The notes: generated from the letters alone by a model not told the origin. A stretch of 64,000 nt of DNA from Neoechinorhynchus agilis (GCA_051530055.1 CM121342.1:13035480-13099479), one strand, 5' to 3'; shown: positions 1 through 14,439, counted from the first letter of the stretch. Numbers and translations: made by a program.

Positions 1-1039
1 TTGCATCACAGGTATTTAAATTCATAGCATCACAGGTATTTAAATTCATCTCTAATTAAATGGAACGTATAAAAATTTAAACGTCACAGTGAGAATCTTC
101 GACAAAGGACCGAAACATGAGAAAAATTATAGCCGCTTAAAATGCAAATTTGTTCTGGTGTTAAAGTTCATTCGCGACAAATTTTATAGGCCATAAAAAG
201 ATCTAAGAATTGTTTTAACCTAGTAAATGGGAAAAATCAGACTGAAACATGTTGCCACTTGATCGATGAAAATTGGATGAGTCTTTTATTTGAGTAAATC
301 GATCTATCAGTATTTTACGGGTACATAATACCTATTCTTGTTATTAGCCGCGAATCAATTCCAGATTTTGCAATAATGAGTTCATAAAAGCTGAATTGCC
401 GGCGATTCTTCTTATGAATTATTGAAAAAAAAGATATCAGTTTTTTTGTCAAAAGTATCACAGGTATTTAAATTCATCTTTAATTAAATGGCACGTGTAA
501 AATCTTAAACATCACAGCTAGAATCTTTGGCAAGATATCGAAAAATAAGAAAAATAAGAGCCGCTTAAAATGCAAATTTGTTCTGGTGTTAAAGTTCATT
601 CGCAATAAATAAATATGAAGTCGTTTGGCATGGAATTTTCGCAAAATATCTTTCCACCGTTACATAAATGTGCTCAGACGGCATTTTTTTGAATGCTTCT
701 GAATCATCATTCATTGCAGTTTAAAGTAGGAGAATAAAAAGAATGGACACGCAAAATATGGGCTAAATGGGAAAATGAAAGCGTAACTAGTGAATTGAAA
801 GTAATTAGCATCTAATTCTTCAAAAGGATGGGGTTATTAAAAAATCGAAAAATATAGGGAAAGATGCAAAACACTCGGGGAATCGACCTGAAATTGATAT
901 TTCATGAATTTCATTCAAAGGAGGAATTGCTGCAGATTAAGAGGGTAGTCGTGTAATCGAATTATAAGGGATGAAGGAAACTGCAACGCAAAAAGATCAG
1001 ATACGCGGACCTTGGTCGAAATAATTACTTGGTTTTCAG

Positions 1040-1190
1040 TAGGCGTCGAGACACTCGGTTCGCTTCTACAACACGGGTGAACGTTTGATCAGTCCTTTCG
1101 AACATTACGCCAAAATAGCAACTGAGTGATCCAGAGCAATGGTGTGAAGGTTCGTAATCTCTACAGGGCATTAAAATTTTGATAAATAGC
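1040..1190 (+). mobile_element. 3' fragment of a CRE-clade non-LTR retrotransposon
   Basis: GGCGTCGAGACACTCGGTTCGCTT encodes GVETLGSL, the endonuclease C-terminus seen at 32690-33040. The terminal GCAACTGAGTGATCCAGAGC..GGTGTGAA matches the 3' end of the CRE copy at ~6510-6550 (-). Confidence 0.7.
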
Positions 1191-1962
1191 GAAAAAGGAT
1201 ATGGATGTTCGATAGACACCCGTCAACTGAATATCATCCCGACTCTGAGTTTTGCTTCTATGGTGCTTATTTTTGCCCCCCCCTTCTTAATGTCTCGTGT
1301 TTTCGATAGGTTTGGTACCTTAGCCTATGTTTTTGTACTTTATTGAGCTAAGATCTGCATTGCACGTATTAGGAAACGGATTCTCGGTGCTAATGTTTCC
1401 TGTGTCAATCAATCGCAATATTTGGGTCATTATTTCGTTTGATTGGTAAAATGTTTTTACATTCCAACGACTTTTTCGATGTGAGACCAAAAAATCGCAT
1501 ATTTACTTTTTCTTCTAATATTTAAGACGTAACAAATCAATTCCCGTTATCTTGATTTTTGTACTTCACAATTCATATTTTATGCAGCGCATTAAATATT
1601 GATAAGAATAATTTTTCCTATTGAATTTCCTTTGCCTTTTTACCCGAAACGACGCTCTCGGTTTAAAGTGGCGTCGTGCGTACAACACAATACGTTTGAA
1701 TGTGTTTAACTTTTAAAATAGACGGCAAACACCTTATAAGAAATCGTGACTCTTTTTTTCTTCAGACTACCACAGGCTCTAAAGATGGATAATCGTGAGC
1801 CGAAAACTTCTCCATCAAAAACCAATCAAACTTCTCCAAAGCAGAAACGTAGTTACCTCGTTTTAGAAAATAGTCGATTATCAAAAGAGAAACAACAGAT
1901 ATGTATTTCACTTCTAATTTTAAATCTCGAAGGTCAGAAATGATTAATACTTTCAATCAAGA

Positions 1963-2670
1963 ATGAAAGCGGTAGACAAAATCCTTTCATCGGGATTTTC
2001 GGATTTTGGTTTCGAGGAACCGACGCGAGTTGCAAGTTCGTATCTTTTTCTGGGAAATTATATATCGTCTATAGACGTGGAAAAATTAAGATCATTGGGA
2101 ATCAACAATATACTTAATGTCGCAAGCAGAGAAATCGATGATGATGTCAGCATATTGATGGCTTCCGCGAAGTCTTCATTGCCATTTAAAGTGAAAAAAC
2201 TTCACGTGGACGACAATGAGACATCAGATCTCCTTTCAATTATAGTTGAAGCGGTCTATTTCATTGATAAAGTGAGAAAAGAAAATGAAAAGGTTCTTGT
2301 TCATTGTTCACAAGGTCAATCACGATCCCTATCGATTGTTCTTGCCTACATTATGTTAGTGTACAGAAAGCCCTTCGAAAAATGCCTAGGGAATCTCAGA
2401 AAGCGAAGACCGTGTGTTCTCCCAAACGATGGGTTCGTCCGACAACTCCTATTTCTTGAATCGCTGATAAATACCCACGGTTCACATGCAGTAACTTATA
2501 TCAGACATCGAGGATCGTCTGAATTTGAAAGGTCACCGTTTGCAAAACCGAAAGGTTTAGCTGGAAGGTACTCTCTGATCGGAGTTAGTGAGTACGACTG
2601 GCAAGCGAATGTTAGCACTGCTGATCGACAATACATTTCTACTCTTCTCAATCCACTGAAGTTTAAGTGA
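1963..2670 (+). CDS. Atypical dual-specificity protein phosphatase (intronless)
   Basis: LFLGN, NILNV, WPD-equivalent DD, active site VLVHCSQGQSRS (CX5R), R..V.PN.GF..QL motif. Confidence 0.92.
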   Translation: MKAVDKILSSGFSDFGFEEPTRVASSYLFLGNYISSIDVEKLRSLGINNILNVASREIDDDVSILMASAKSSLPFKVKKLHVDDNETSDLLSIIVEAVYFIDKVRKENEKVLVHCSQGQSRSLSIVLAYIMLVYRKPFEKCLGNLRKRRPCVLPNDGFVRQLLFLESLINTHGSHAVTYIRHRGSSEFERSPFAKPKGLAGRYSLIGVSEYDWQANVSTADRQYISTLLNPLKFK

Positions 2671-3495
2671 TGAAGTGTGTGCTCGAAGTTGCTAGTTTTA
2701 TTTTTAACAAAGAAATTTGTGAGAAGTAGTTCATTTGAATTCAAAATATCTTCTTTATTTGATCGAAACTCTTTAGAAAAATCTCAAAATCAAGTAATTA
2801 TTCTGATACACATAAAGTGGTTGTCGCAATGAAGATTCAGACAAAAAAGGAGCGTGATATTCATTTTTAATTGTTATTCAAAGTTGAAGATCGACATAGA
2901 TTTTCTGGAAAGGGTTCCGGTTTTTCTATTTTTGAACTCGAATTTCGGCCATGGTTGTGAATTCGACGAATATGTAGATTTGTATAATTCGAATAGAATA
3001 ATTCCTAGATTTCCACTATCTTCATTTTAAGTAATAAATCGTTGCAATATCATAAATTCTGTTTTTCTTCGGACTCATGAAATAGTTGTCCAGAAAGGAT
3101 GGGCTTGAATACTTGTTTTTTGCGTTTTTTTTGAAGATTCAAAGGTGTTATGGTGCTAAAAATCTTCACCGTGTACTCTCCTGCGGGCAAAATCTTGAAT
3201 AGTCGTACAGTATTCATTCAATTCTCACTTGTAACAAGCAAGACGGTCTCAGAAGTAGACAAAAGTTCCCTATGCATCACGAGCGAGTCACTCTGAGTCC
3301 CCACAACACTCGTCTCAAACAGTTCAAAATTTCACCATCATATCTGAATAATGCGTAGTTTGAACAATAATATTTCTGGTATCATATCTCGCCCTACTAC
3401 TAGAATGGCGGAACCATTTCCATTAGCTAAAAGAAGCAGTCTAATCTTAAATAACATTTATGACTTTTGTGCGCATTCTACAAAATAAGTCACAA

Positions 3496-4262
3496 ATGGT
3501 AGAAGTATTCAATCGCAGTGGTCAGAGTTGAACACAATATTGAACAGCAGCCTTTCTGATTTTGGCTTTGAGGAGCCAACACAAGTGGTCGATCCTTTCT
3601 TATTCATCGGAAACTTCATGTCATCTGTGAATCCTGCAAAGCTCAGGTCACTTGGAATACATAATATTCTCAATGTTGCATGCCGAGAGCTTGTTGATGA
3701 TGTGAACGGTCTTCGTCCTCTGAATGGATTCGAAATTCCCTTTCGAATTAAGAAACTTCACGTAGATGATAACGAGCAATCGGATCTTCTTTCAATTGTC
3801 GCTGAATCTGTTTACTTCATTGAACAAGTAAGAAGGAGAAAGCAAAAAGTTCTAGTTCATTGCTCCCACGGGCAGTCAAGATCGCCATCGATCGTCCTCG
3901 CTTATCTCATGCTTGCTTATATGTATCCTTTGGAACGATGTTTGAAGGAAATAAAAAGATGCCGACCCTGTGTAATTCCAAATTACGGTTTCATAAGGCA
4001 GCTCATGTTTTTAGAATCCTTAGTTAGAATGCATGGTAGTCACACATTCAGTTATCTAAGGAGTCAAACTTCAAGAGATATTCGATCCGAATACACAAAT
4101 TCATCGTACGCTGGACTTAAGGATATTACAACACAATTTTCGCTGGCGGTACTTGACCATGAAACTGCTGCTAGGTTTTCAATGACTGACGCCGATCGCG
4201 AATATATCAGTCAAATGACGAGAATGGTAACGCCTAGTCGTAAGGAACTTGAGAGATGGTAA
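3496..4262 (+). CDS. Atypical dual-specificity phosphatase, tandem paralogue; start uncertain
   Basis: ORF 3528-4262 has VLVHCSHGQSRSPS and PNYGFIRQL and is clearly paralogous to 1963-2670. The nearest ATG (3496) is in frame only if a 20 nt GT-AG segment (3499-3518) is removed. Confidence 0.85.
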
Positions 4263-4611
4263 CGAATGTTTTGTCTCACTTTTCAGGGAAAAGTAAATCT
4301 GTCGCTAATTCTTTATTCTAAAAAGGGGATTAACAACTCAAACTTTGTTGTCAATCAAAATTACGAAAATACCAAAATTCAGGCAATACAGTGTTACTGT
4401 CCGTTGTGAAAAGTAGAACAGCCGGTAAAATTACATTTCCGATTTGCTGTAAAATATCGCTTTAAGTGTCGGTGACCTCTTTTTTAAAATTACGAAGTCT
4501 AGTTACATTTAGCTTAAGAAATCAGTGTCACTGTTCAAAATGGATAAGTAATTAATAAATTATAAACGACATCGATTGCATTCTCCGTACGTATCTCAAC
4601 GAATAAAATAA

Positions 4612-6280
<1,669 letters not shown>

Positions 6281-6509
6281 TAAAAACGGTTGACTAATCG
6301 AAATGCCTGCCGGAGTTAAAAAATTTCTAAGAATTGAACGTCGTCATGGAGAAATTTTGCGCAGACTGCTTTTCTCTGGGTCAAATCATTGCAATCAGCT
6401 ATTGAAATGCAATTCGTGTAATTCGCCAATTATGGGTGACACTGTTCATTTACATTTTTATTAGTAAACTCTTGCAAGACATTAAAATGAAATAAAATAA
6501 AATCTTACC

Positions 6510-7600
6510 AACATTCACACCACCGCTCTGGATCACTCAGCTGCCCTGCTGGTATAACAGTCGAAATGACAGATGCAGAGTTCGCCCGGCTTATGTTTTG
6601 TTGGAGGAATGCTCCCGGATCGCCAGTGATTCGTCTCAATCTGCTGGACAATTATTTCTTGACCAGGTCCTGCGCCGCCGTATCAAACGACCCGAGTGTC
6701 TCGACGCCAAAGGGAACGAAATAATGATGTCGACCCAAGTCCCTGTATTTGGTATTTTTGCGGTCCTCAGCGATGGTTGCTGCTCCCCTGGCGAATTTTA
6801 TGTTGCTGGCTGCGAGCGTGTACACGAACGAGGCATCCTAGAGAACGCATTTGTCTCCCCTCGCCACGGAAATACTGTGACACCGTCCGGTCTACGGCCA
6901 TCGAGTCGGCAAAGATTACAGGGCTCTAAAATGTTGGGCGCATTCACAGTATTCGATGCACGACTAAGAATTGCGTTCACTTCGCCGTGTCGTGAGTACC
7001 TCCCGCCTAATTGTCAACAACATTGCGTCCCGATGGTTTCACGGTCGCTTCGCAAAGGCAGCGATGGGATGTGCACATCGGTACCCGGAGTCTCAAGGAC
7101 ACTGCAATCCTTACTGTCTCGTCGGAGAAAAGCGTACCAACAGAAGCGATTATGATAGCGTTGAGTTAAACACCCGATTCTCTTGTAGAGACTGCCGCCA
7201 ACTGAGTTCGGTTCACCAGGTCACGGGATCTGAAATTAAAAAGTTATGAATTCTCGCTACCAGCAGTGAGTCCCAAACAGATTGTTTGCAACCATTGACG
7301 GGGACCTGCTCGCTGCCTGAATCTCCACACTACAGATTAAGAGCCCCTGTAAATTGGCCACCCAAATTGTAATTTTCGCCAAGAAAAGACTGAACTATTT
7401 TGAGGCTTGCTTCGTACGATCCCAGATAAGCTGGCAGAGAAATATCGGCTGCTTTTCGGTTACTCAAACCGCCGGACGACACAGGCAAGGACGCTTGACG
7501 TCAGGCCCCGTCCGACAGATGAGTATTTAAAATTTTCTCGAGAGAGGCTTTCACCGTCTCGTCTAATTTTGCCAGCTTATCCTTATGTCTAAAAAGGTGC
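6510..7600 (-). mobile_element. 5'-truncated, decayed CRE-clade non-LTR retrotransposon
   Basis: Minus-strand translation gives LDETVKASLEKIL, QASLPVSSGGL, a CxC zinc knuckle, RHGEVNAILSRA and [22 protein letters not shown], with stops and frameshifts. Confidence 0.85.
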
Positions 7601-7714
7601 TATGTGCAAATTATGCAGCAATTTTGGAATGAAGAATGTGCAACTTATGCAGCAATTTTGGAATGAAGAGGGTATCATAATAACACATTTTATTGATACA
7701 AACAGAGAAACCAT

Positions 7715-8720
7715 GTACCTCTGGGTCCTTGTGAGCCCTCGAGTTCTGATTTGTCAAACGAATGCGGTTGTTTATTTTGAAGAAGATTACAGGTTCGGTC
7801 GGGTGGGAATATCCGGTAGGAGGGATGTCCGTTTCGGTGGCAATTGGTAGTTATTGTTTGTGGGACATTTATTTGATTTTGGTTGGTTAATTTGTTAGGC
7901 TTTTGTTTTCCGTTTTTTCCTCCGAATCAATTTGCATTTGGAGGATTGAGCGTCTAGGAAGAAAGAACAAAGGTAGAGATTTGTGCGAGGAACTGAAGGA
8001 TGGAAAATGGTGGGCGACGTGAGTCGAGAGATAAATAAGGGTTGTGCGTCGAGGTTATAAAGAACAGAATCGTAGATGCATGACCCTTCAGAGAGAGTGT
8101 CGAGCTGCCGAGCGCTCCATACGTCTCTACCCCAAAGGGGACAAAATAGTGAGCCCTCGATAACTGAATATATTTCCGTATTTTCCTCCCTTCCGCTGCA
8201 CTGGCGGCACCACCGGCGATTTCAAGGGAGTAGCGGATGTTGCTGGCTGCGAGGGTGTCGACGCACGTGGCGTCCCCCTCCCGCCACGGGAAGACCGAAC
8301 TTCCATCGGGCCTACGGCCGTCTAGTCGACAAAGGTGGGCGGGATTTGGGATTATAAAGCGTAGAGCCAGGATGGTTTGCGTGGTAGTTTCCGAAGAAGC
8401 AAGATAATATCATACGTGGAAATCATGGGAGGTGAAGCTGTAGAAGCTGAGAACGTTGGCGTGGATGTGGAAGATGATGATGGTTCGTTTGTGTTTGAGT
8501 TACAGCTACAAAGTTGTGCATTGATAGAGTTTAGTGTAGCAAGTAGGTCGGAGTTTGAGAGGTTGGAGAAAGGTTTTTGTCTTTCTATACCTGGGGCGCT
8601 TTTCATGTTTTTCCACCAGAGGTGAGTGATAGAGGAGGCAATTTTATGTGCAAGAAAGGTCTTGCTTCACTTTTAAGAGCTTCAATATCGAGCTGAACAG
8701 CATCGGCTAATATATCCTTA
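7715..8720 (-). mobile_element. Decayed LINE remnant (CR1/L2-like), internally deleted
   Basis: WWKNMK and DIILLLRKLPRK pre-RT motifs at 8350-8650. The C-terminal FHPSVPRTNLYLCSFF motif and 3' end TGGGTCCT are shared with 19150-19520 and 52375-52790. Clade assignment is tentative. Confidence 0.55.
8090..8345 (-). mobile_element. CRE endonuclease fragment nested in the LINE remnant
   Basis: [17 protein letters not shown]...DATCVDTLAASN...VETYGALGSS, homologous to 32600-32900. Confidence 0.85.
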
Positions 8721-8849
8721 ACTGTTCTTATCGCTTCAATTCATGAACCCTTTGGAGTTTCAGTAACTCGTTCAAAACATTTCTTTAGTGTAAAATCAAG
8801 AAGAGCGGAATACTTGGCCGATTCTCGTTCACTGTTAATTGATTAGGGG

Positions 8850-9509
8850 ACGTTGACGAGAGGGAAGAGGACGAACAGAGCCTCGTGTGAAGATAATTCA
8901 TTAACTCATTCGCACAGCACCGAAAGTTACAGTTGAAGATTGGCAATCTCTGCTTCAGCATGAGAAGCAAAAATGCAGCTTCCAGGAAGATTCAACCGGT
9001 GAAGAATGATCAATTCTATTCCGGGGCCAGGTTCTGAAAATCTTTCACGATAGTTAATTTTGCGTTTAGGTCACTATTTCTTCAATGGTAAATAAATTAA
9101 ATTTCTACGAGCAGTCAGCATGTAGTTTTGCTGTGAGCCACAGCAGAGTATTTTAACTTATTTGCGTAACCTTCGTTTTTATAATGTTAGTCCTTATACA
9201 GACGACGCCTCTCTTAATATGTTTCATCCATATCATAGACTATCATTCAAGTTTAAAAAGGTTCAGCGATTTCGCATCTAAGACACATTTCGGTCTTTTG
9301 ATTTAAATCAAGAGATTGAAAATCGTTGCGAGATATAGTTTGCTTTAGAACTGAGATTAAAATGCTTATGTTTGTTTCTCAATCACTGCATTATTGAAGA
9401 CGGTGAAGAAGGCGAGTATACCATTTATATTGAACTACGTAAAATCGATCGGTTCTTGGAAATCAAAGTTAATCCGGCCAATTATAAGATTCATTGTGTG
9501 GAAGAGTAA
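8850..9509 (+). CDS. Probable multi-exon gene of unknown function
   Basis: Open, protein-like terminal exon (ELRLKCLCLFLNHCIIEDGEEGEYTIYIELRKIDRFLEIKVNPANYKIHCVEE*) and short upstream open segments between AT-rich intron-like gaps. No family recognised. Confidence 0.35.
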
Positions 9510-9794
9510 TGTACTATCGTTCATAATTGCAAGATCATGTCGGCCTTTCCATTAGACGGTAAAAAAGTCGAATACAGTGTGAATTATCCTTTGTTACACC
9601 TTTGATGTTTCTCTTGTTAATTAAAATAAATCACAACGTATTTGCACACCAAACGAAAATAATTGACATGGCTGGCCCGCAACCATCCATTCTTAAGTTT
9701 ATGATCTCCTAACTTAAACAATTTATTCGAGAACTAAAATAGTATAGAAAGACCTTTAATTTTTATGTTAATTACAGCATTAAGGAAGTTATTA

Positions 9795-9930
9795 ATTGTT
9801 CTGGCCACTTTACTCTTAACCTCCCCGATATTAATTCATTTATTGTAAATTTTGGACCGCATGCGGTCCTCTTCAGACATCTATAATATGCGTTTTAGAT
9901 TAAATGGTGCTTACATTACTGAACTTAGGG
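9795..9930 (-). mobile_element. PLE-type terminus with degenerate minimal hammerhead
   Basis: Reverse complement of 55450-55578. Minus strand reads CTGAAGA-G-GACCGC-AT-GCGGTC-C-AAAATTT-ACAATAAA. Confidence 0.6.
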
Positions 9931-10394
9931 TGATGCCCGAAAGTCCGAATACAATCTAAGAAAGCATTATAGTAGGCAGCTCAATTGGATATGTTTTGTT
10001 ATGATCATTAAAATAAATGTTAGTAAACAACGCCGTTGAAGCTAAGGATAAAATGAACATTTCTTGCCTCAAAAAACATTATTCACAGTGATGATTATTG
10101 ACTAAGATGTTTATTGAGATCGTTTACATCTAAGCTAACAATGGACTATGATTATAACACAAACCCATAATTACAATTACCAGCCAAAACTTGATATGTT
10201 GATTTCAACATCCTGGTAACAACGTTGAAAACGATTCTTCAACCAAAAGTGGATCTGCATTCTTATTAAAAGCATATTTCTATGAAAATTTATTGGCGGA
10301 ATCAAATTCAACAAAAAATGAGCACTTCCGCACCCATCGTATTTATTGAACATAAATTTATACACAAAACTAACTGCTTTTATTTTTTTTCAAT

Positions 10395-12761
10395 TTATCG
10401 AGTGGCTTGATTGACTCGGGATTTCATGTATTTAACGACATTTGAACAATACGAAAATAAAAGGCATTCATTTGATGATTTGGAGTTTAAGCGCAAGTAC
10501 TTCGTTACGGTCTTATAGATCAAATTATTTTCAAAATGAGGTTCGTCTTTCAGTAAAGGCGTAAGCAACGCAGAAAAGGCATTCATTTCAATGCATAAGT
10601 TTCTCATATTGAACACACTGGTTGGACTTGCAAACACATGTTCAGCGATCGTCATCTCATTGAGCGAGTGACATCTTACGATTCGCTGAAAATGTTCGCA
10701 TAAAAGAGGAATGAGAGCACAAACCACGAAAAGCTTATCGTTGAATGAATTTGCAGATAATTGCTGAGTAAATTGTTCGTACGATGTCCAAAAGAGCCCA
10801 GTGAATGGATTAAGGTCATCCAGGTCGATATCAGACGAAGAGAGAAAGTTCTCGCTCATTAGAATGGATGCCAAATCTATTGTGAGCGACCGAATTATCT
10901 TATTAACAATGACAAATGGAATGCCGTATTCGTTTAGGCAGCTGAATATACGATAGAAGAGTGCCAATTGTGTTGACTTTGAAGTAGAAGAGTCCCATCT
11001 TTCAATATCTAACCACAGCTTAAGACCGTTAATAAGATACGTCTCTTTTGTTTCGTTTGAGACGTCATTACAGTCTTTAGAGTGACATTTCGAAACAAAA
11101 TGTGGAACCAACGCGAACCAGTCGAGAGGGAACATATAATGAACAGGACATAATTTCTCTAGATGAAACTGAATGTCACATTTCTGATCCACATAACTGA
11201 ATTCAAAAAGACCCCTTTTTATCAACAAAGGAGTCATGATGTCGTCAGGTCTTAGAAATGTAAGAAGCTTAATACCAAGATCACGCTGGTCGCTCATGAC
11301 AAAATGAATTGTCCTTGCGATCAGTAAATTGATATTGATCGGTTTAATAGATCGCCTGCAAATCTCAAGCATCAACCCGGCTAACTGAGCTATGATACGC
11401 GTTTCAGCTGGATCAGGTATGGGCGGTCTTTCCTCGAAGAAAAACACAATCTTTTTGATTCTGTCTAATATCAATACGATTAAATCCTCGTCAATGCTAA
11501 TGTTATTCAGGAGAATGCATTTACATACCGCAATCAGCGATGACTTCATAGCATTTTCTTCTTTAAGAAAACGTCTGAAAATATCCGGAACGTCTTCACG
11601 TGTTCTTGAAAAGTTAGTAAACAGAAGAAACTCTTCATTCAATCCATTTGTATCTACCCATTCTATACATCGCTTAGTGACCAACTCCATTTTGTCAACT
11701 TGAACATCCGATAAGAAAGTCAATACCGTCTCCATCGTGTTCGGTTTACCTAGATTACTCACAGCAAATTCTATAACTTTGTCGCGGTACTGGTCACTAA
11801 TACTCATACCGTTCCGTCTAAGGACCGTAATCACAGAAATAATGCCCAGATTCAATTTTGTGATTGAGAAAAGAAAGGGCGAAAAAGCCTCATAGAGAGT
11901 TGTAAAGGTTTTCTTGCATCTACGAGTTAGAAACGCTGATACCAACAATTCGGTGATCGCTTTGCAATTGGGATCTTCGCCTTTCAATGCACATTGAAGA
12001 TTTTTACATTCACAGATACAAATCGCGATATAATTCGAATGCTCAAGCATCAAGGACAAAATGTCAATAATAATCGATGTTGAATATTGCTGAAGATCTA
12101 CAGATCGTTGCCGTTCTTTTCTCAAAAGAAAGGCGAATCTTCGAAGAATGTTAGTTCGACAAACGAGGCCGAATACTGGATCTTGTGCGCACAGCTCATG
12201 ATTGCTATATTGGTCAGCTTCTTCTTTATTCAACAAATGGATGTTTTGACATCGCATTTGATGGTCGAAATAAGGATTGATAAAGAATACTCGCGTTTGC
12301 CGTCTTTTTTGAATGTAAAGAATATCTCTGAGACAACAAAGAGCCTGGTGAATGGTTGGCCAGCAGTTGCAGTCCATTAGCATCCTTATGCGAATCACAT
12401 ATCCTGCCTCAAGAAGACGTCGTATTATCTGTACATTAGAAACGAGTTGCTCATGTTTTTGAACAATGGATCTTAAAATCTTAAGAGCTAGTTCACATTG
12501 TCGTGGCTGGGTTGAAGCTGCGAGTGTCATTAAATCACTCAGGCTAAATACTTCCGAAAGGCCTTCATTTTTCGCTAAGTCTCCGTTTATTGTGAATCGG
12601 AAATCGCTGTCAGACTCAGTTATTTGATCAACTACTATAAGCGATTCGCGCTTAGCAGGCAGCGCCGATGATTCGACAGCACGTAAATTTAAACTACCAG
12701 ACGGAAATCGTTCTGGCTCCCAGTCGCCACTTTTTCCTTTGTCGTGCCAGACAATCTTCAT
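10395..12761 (-). CDS. RPAP1: RNA polymerase II-associated protein 1-like
   Basis: 788 aa ORF. FRFTINGDL...FSLSDLMTLAASTQPRQCELALKIL resembles the RPAP1 RF..G.L...SL.ELF.L.RS....QR.LAL block; C-terminal SFNDKLF...LIPL resembles SFGD.LF...LLPL. Confidence 0.75.
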   Translation of the reverse strand: MKIVWHDKGKSGDWEPERFPSGSLNLRAVESSALPAKRESLIVVDQITESDSDFRFTINGDLAKNEGLSEVFSLSDLMTLAASTQPRQCELALKILRSIVQKHEQLVSNVQIIRRLLEAGYVIRIRMLMDCNCWPTIHQALCCLRDILYIQKRRQTRVFFINPYFDHQMRCQNIHLLNKEEADQYSNHELCAQDPVFGLVCRTNILRRFAFLLRKERQRSVDLQQYSTSIIIDILSLMLEHSNYIAICICECKNLQCALKGEDPNCKAITELLVSAFLTRRCKKTFTTLYEAFSPFLFSITKLNLGIISVITVLRRNGMSISDQYRDKVIEFAVSNLGKPNTMETVLTFLSDVQVDKMELVTKRCIEWVDTNGLNEEFLLFTNFSRTREDVPDIFRRFLKEENAMKSSLIAVCKCILLNNISIDEDLIVLILDRIKKIVFFFEERPPIPDPAETRIIAQLAGLMLEICRRSIKPININLLIARTIHFVMSDQRDLGIKLLTFLRPDDIMTPLLIKRGLFEFSYVDQKCDIQFHLEKLCPVHYMFPLDWFALVPHFVSKCHSKDCNDVSNETKETYLINGLKLWLDIERWDSSTSKSTQLALFYRIFSCLNEYGIPFVIVNKIIRSLTIDLASILMSENFLSSSDIDLDDLNPFTGLFWTSYEQFTQQLSANSFNDKLFVVCALIPLLCEHFQRIVRCHSLNEMTIAEHVFASPTSVFNMRNLCIEMNAFSALLTPLLKDEPHFENNLIYKTVTKYLRLNSKSSNECLLFSYCSNVVKYMKSRVNQATR

Positions 12762-13534
12762 AGGCGATTTGGATATCTAAAGTAAAATATGCGATTTCGT
12801 CGATCGGAGAGCACGTAATTTCTAACTAATACGACACCAAATAGTAGACAACCTTTGGTTTTCGGAACAACTTGCTGGTAATTTTAAGGGGGACAAAAAG
12901 ACAAAGAAACATATGAAAACCAACAAAAAATGTGACAAAACAAATAAAAGAAAGACGATAAGCAAGAACAAACAGGACTAAGCACAAACAATAAGGAATA
13001 CGAATGAACAAAATTTGATCAAGAAAATGAACACAAAATAACTGTTTGAAAACACGAATACGCATATGAAAGTACGGAAACAAAAACAAGACGCACTCTA
13101 ACGCATGGGAATGGACAGGAATTTATAATTAGACAAGGCGTGTAGCGGATGATAGAAAAGTTCGCGTGGATTGTTCGAGAAGTATGAATGGACAATTTAC
13201 GCCCAAAAAGTTTCCCCTCGAATGGACGAATGTGAACGATTCGGGTGGTTGGATGTAAACACGAATTCCATCCTGCCAGCAGGACAGAATCAACTGTCAT
13301 TCGTTGAGCAATACATCGTCGTTCGGCTTGAGAAAAAGATGATTATATTGGCATTCGGACTAAGAATGTTAATGTTTGTTTAGGTCGCTTTTCGACACCC
13401 GAGGGAGAGAGATCGTGTTAGAGTCAAATGTGTATATATATTTCGACTGATGAAATCATCTGCCACAAACACACCAAATGATTGCTAATCATCGACAGAG
13501 AAAATCCTTCAGGTTAATCAAATACTTTTGGTAA

Positions 13535-13780
13535 AAAAATCCCCCGGTCATCACATATTTTTAGTTTATTTGAAATATTTCGCGGAGAGGTAACCTCGCC
13601 TGCTCCTCAGTCATCTAAAAATTGGTTTTACAGATTAAGGTTTTATGCTCGAATGCGCGGGATCGATAGACCCGAAGTCCGGGGACCAATTATCCGCTTT
13701 GATTTTTTGTATTGGTTTTTAAAACACGTCGCTGGCCGGTAGTTTGATGAGGCGAGGTTACCTCGCCCAAATGATTGTTT
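13535..13780. mobile_element. Short element with two outward-facing hammerhead-bearing PLE termini (family A)
   Basis: Inverted GAGGTAACCTCGCC / GGCGAGGTTACCTC. The left end is homologous to the 16247-16462 arms; the minus strand reads CTGAGGA...GAAATATT. Confidence 0.6.
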
Positions 13781-14007
13781 TCGTCGTTTTAACTCAGGAA
13801 CCAGGGATCATCCACCTCGTAGACTGTAGATATAAAAAAAGGACAAGTAACACTTCCTCACACACACAACCGTTTTCTTAGATATACGAACGTAAGAATT
13901 AACGGCTGATAATTTTCCTTCCTGGCCAGTTATCAAAAAAAATCATAAATTCAATGGCCTTGAATTAACAAATCAAAAAACTGGCTTAGTTTGACATTAC
14001 GTAACTG

Positions 14008-14330
14008 TGTCGAGGTGGTCAAGTGGACTAATGCCCTTGATCCTAGTTAAGAGTCAACTGGTTCGAATCCCTTACCGCAATGACGCACAACCAAAGTACC
14101 GATGATGAGAGTAAACTCACTGATGAGTCCCGCCTCCTTAGGAGATATCTGAGGATCCTGAGGGATGTACAAACTCATAACCGTATTTTTCAGGGTATTA
14201 AGTGATTTTATGCGCTTCCTTTAACCAGATCGGTGGGCTGCGTGTGTCCAAGGAAAATTATCAGCCGCGGACAAAGGCCGCACATTCATACTTAATAAAA
14301 GTTACCGGCTGGCCAGTCTTCAAAAAAAAG
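14008..14330 (+). mobile_element. tRNA-derived SINE-like repeat with hammerhead-like core
   Basis: A box GGTGGTCAAGTGG and B box GGTTCGAATCC with a broken acceptor stem, then ACTCA-CTGATGA-GTCCC. The body is near-identical to 40380-40520 and 40765-40850. Confidence 0.7.
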
Positions 14331-14439
14331 TAAGAATAAATCATTTTAATGAAACGTTTTCAATCGTGCGGCATATACACAAAAGAGTTAAGGCGTTTGT
14401 TCGTTTAAGATACGTTCATCTCGATATTCAAGCTTGATT

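Larger units (their letters stand above)
1..2913. repeat. Segmental duplication, copy 1 (paired with 25889-28860)
   Basis: Near-identical to 25889-28860 from window position 1 to ...TTTTCTGGAAAGG. Copy 1 lacks a 47 bp segment (near 1064) and a 12 bp segment (near 2517) present in copy 2. It may extend beyond the window start. Confidence 0.95.

Noticed and set aside
7600-7670. Short tandem duplication (ATGTGCAA(A/C)TTATGCAGCAATTTTGGAATGAAGA twice)
   Set aside because: Simple two-unit local duplication between two retroelement remnants; no sign of function.
12790-13430. Possible small RRM-like gene (DDRKVRVD) or plus-strand ORF 13171-13383
   Set aside because: No consistent exon chain or recognisable domain; much of it is low-complexity purine-rich sequence.
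14008-14085. Functional tRNA gene (possible CTA suppressor anticodon)
   Set aside because: Acceptor and T stems do not pair, and the sequence heads a repeated SINE-like unit.
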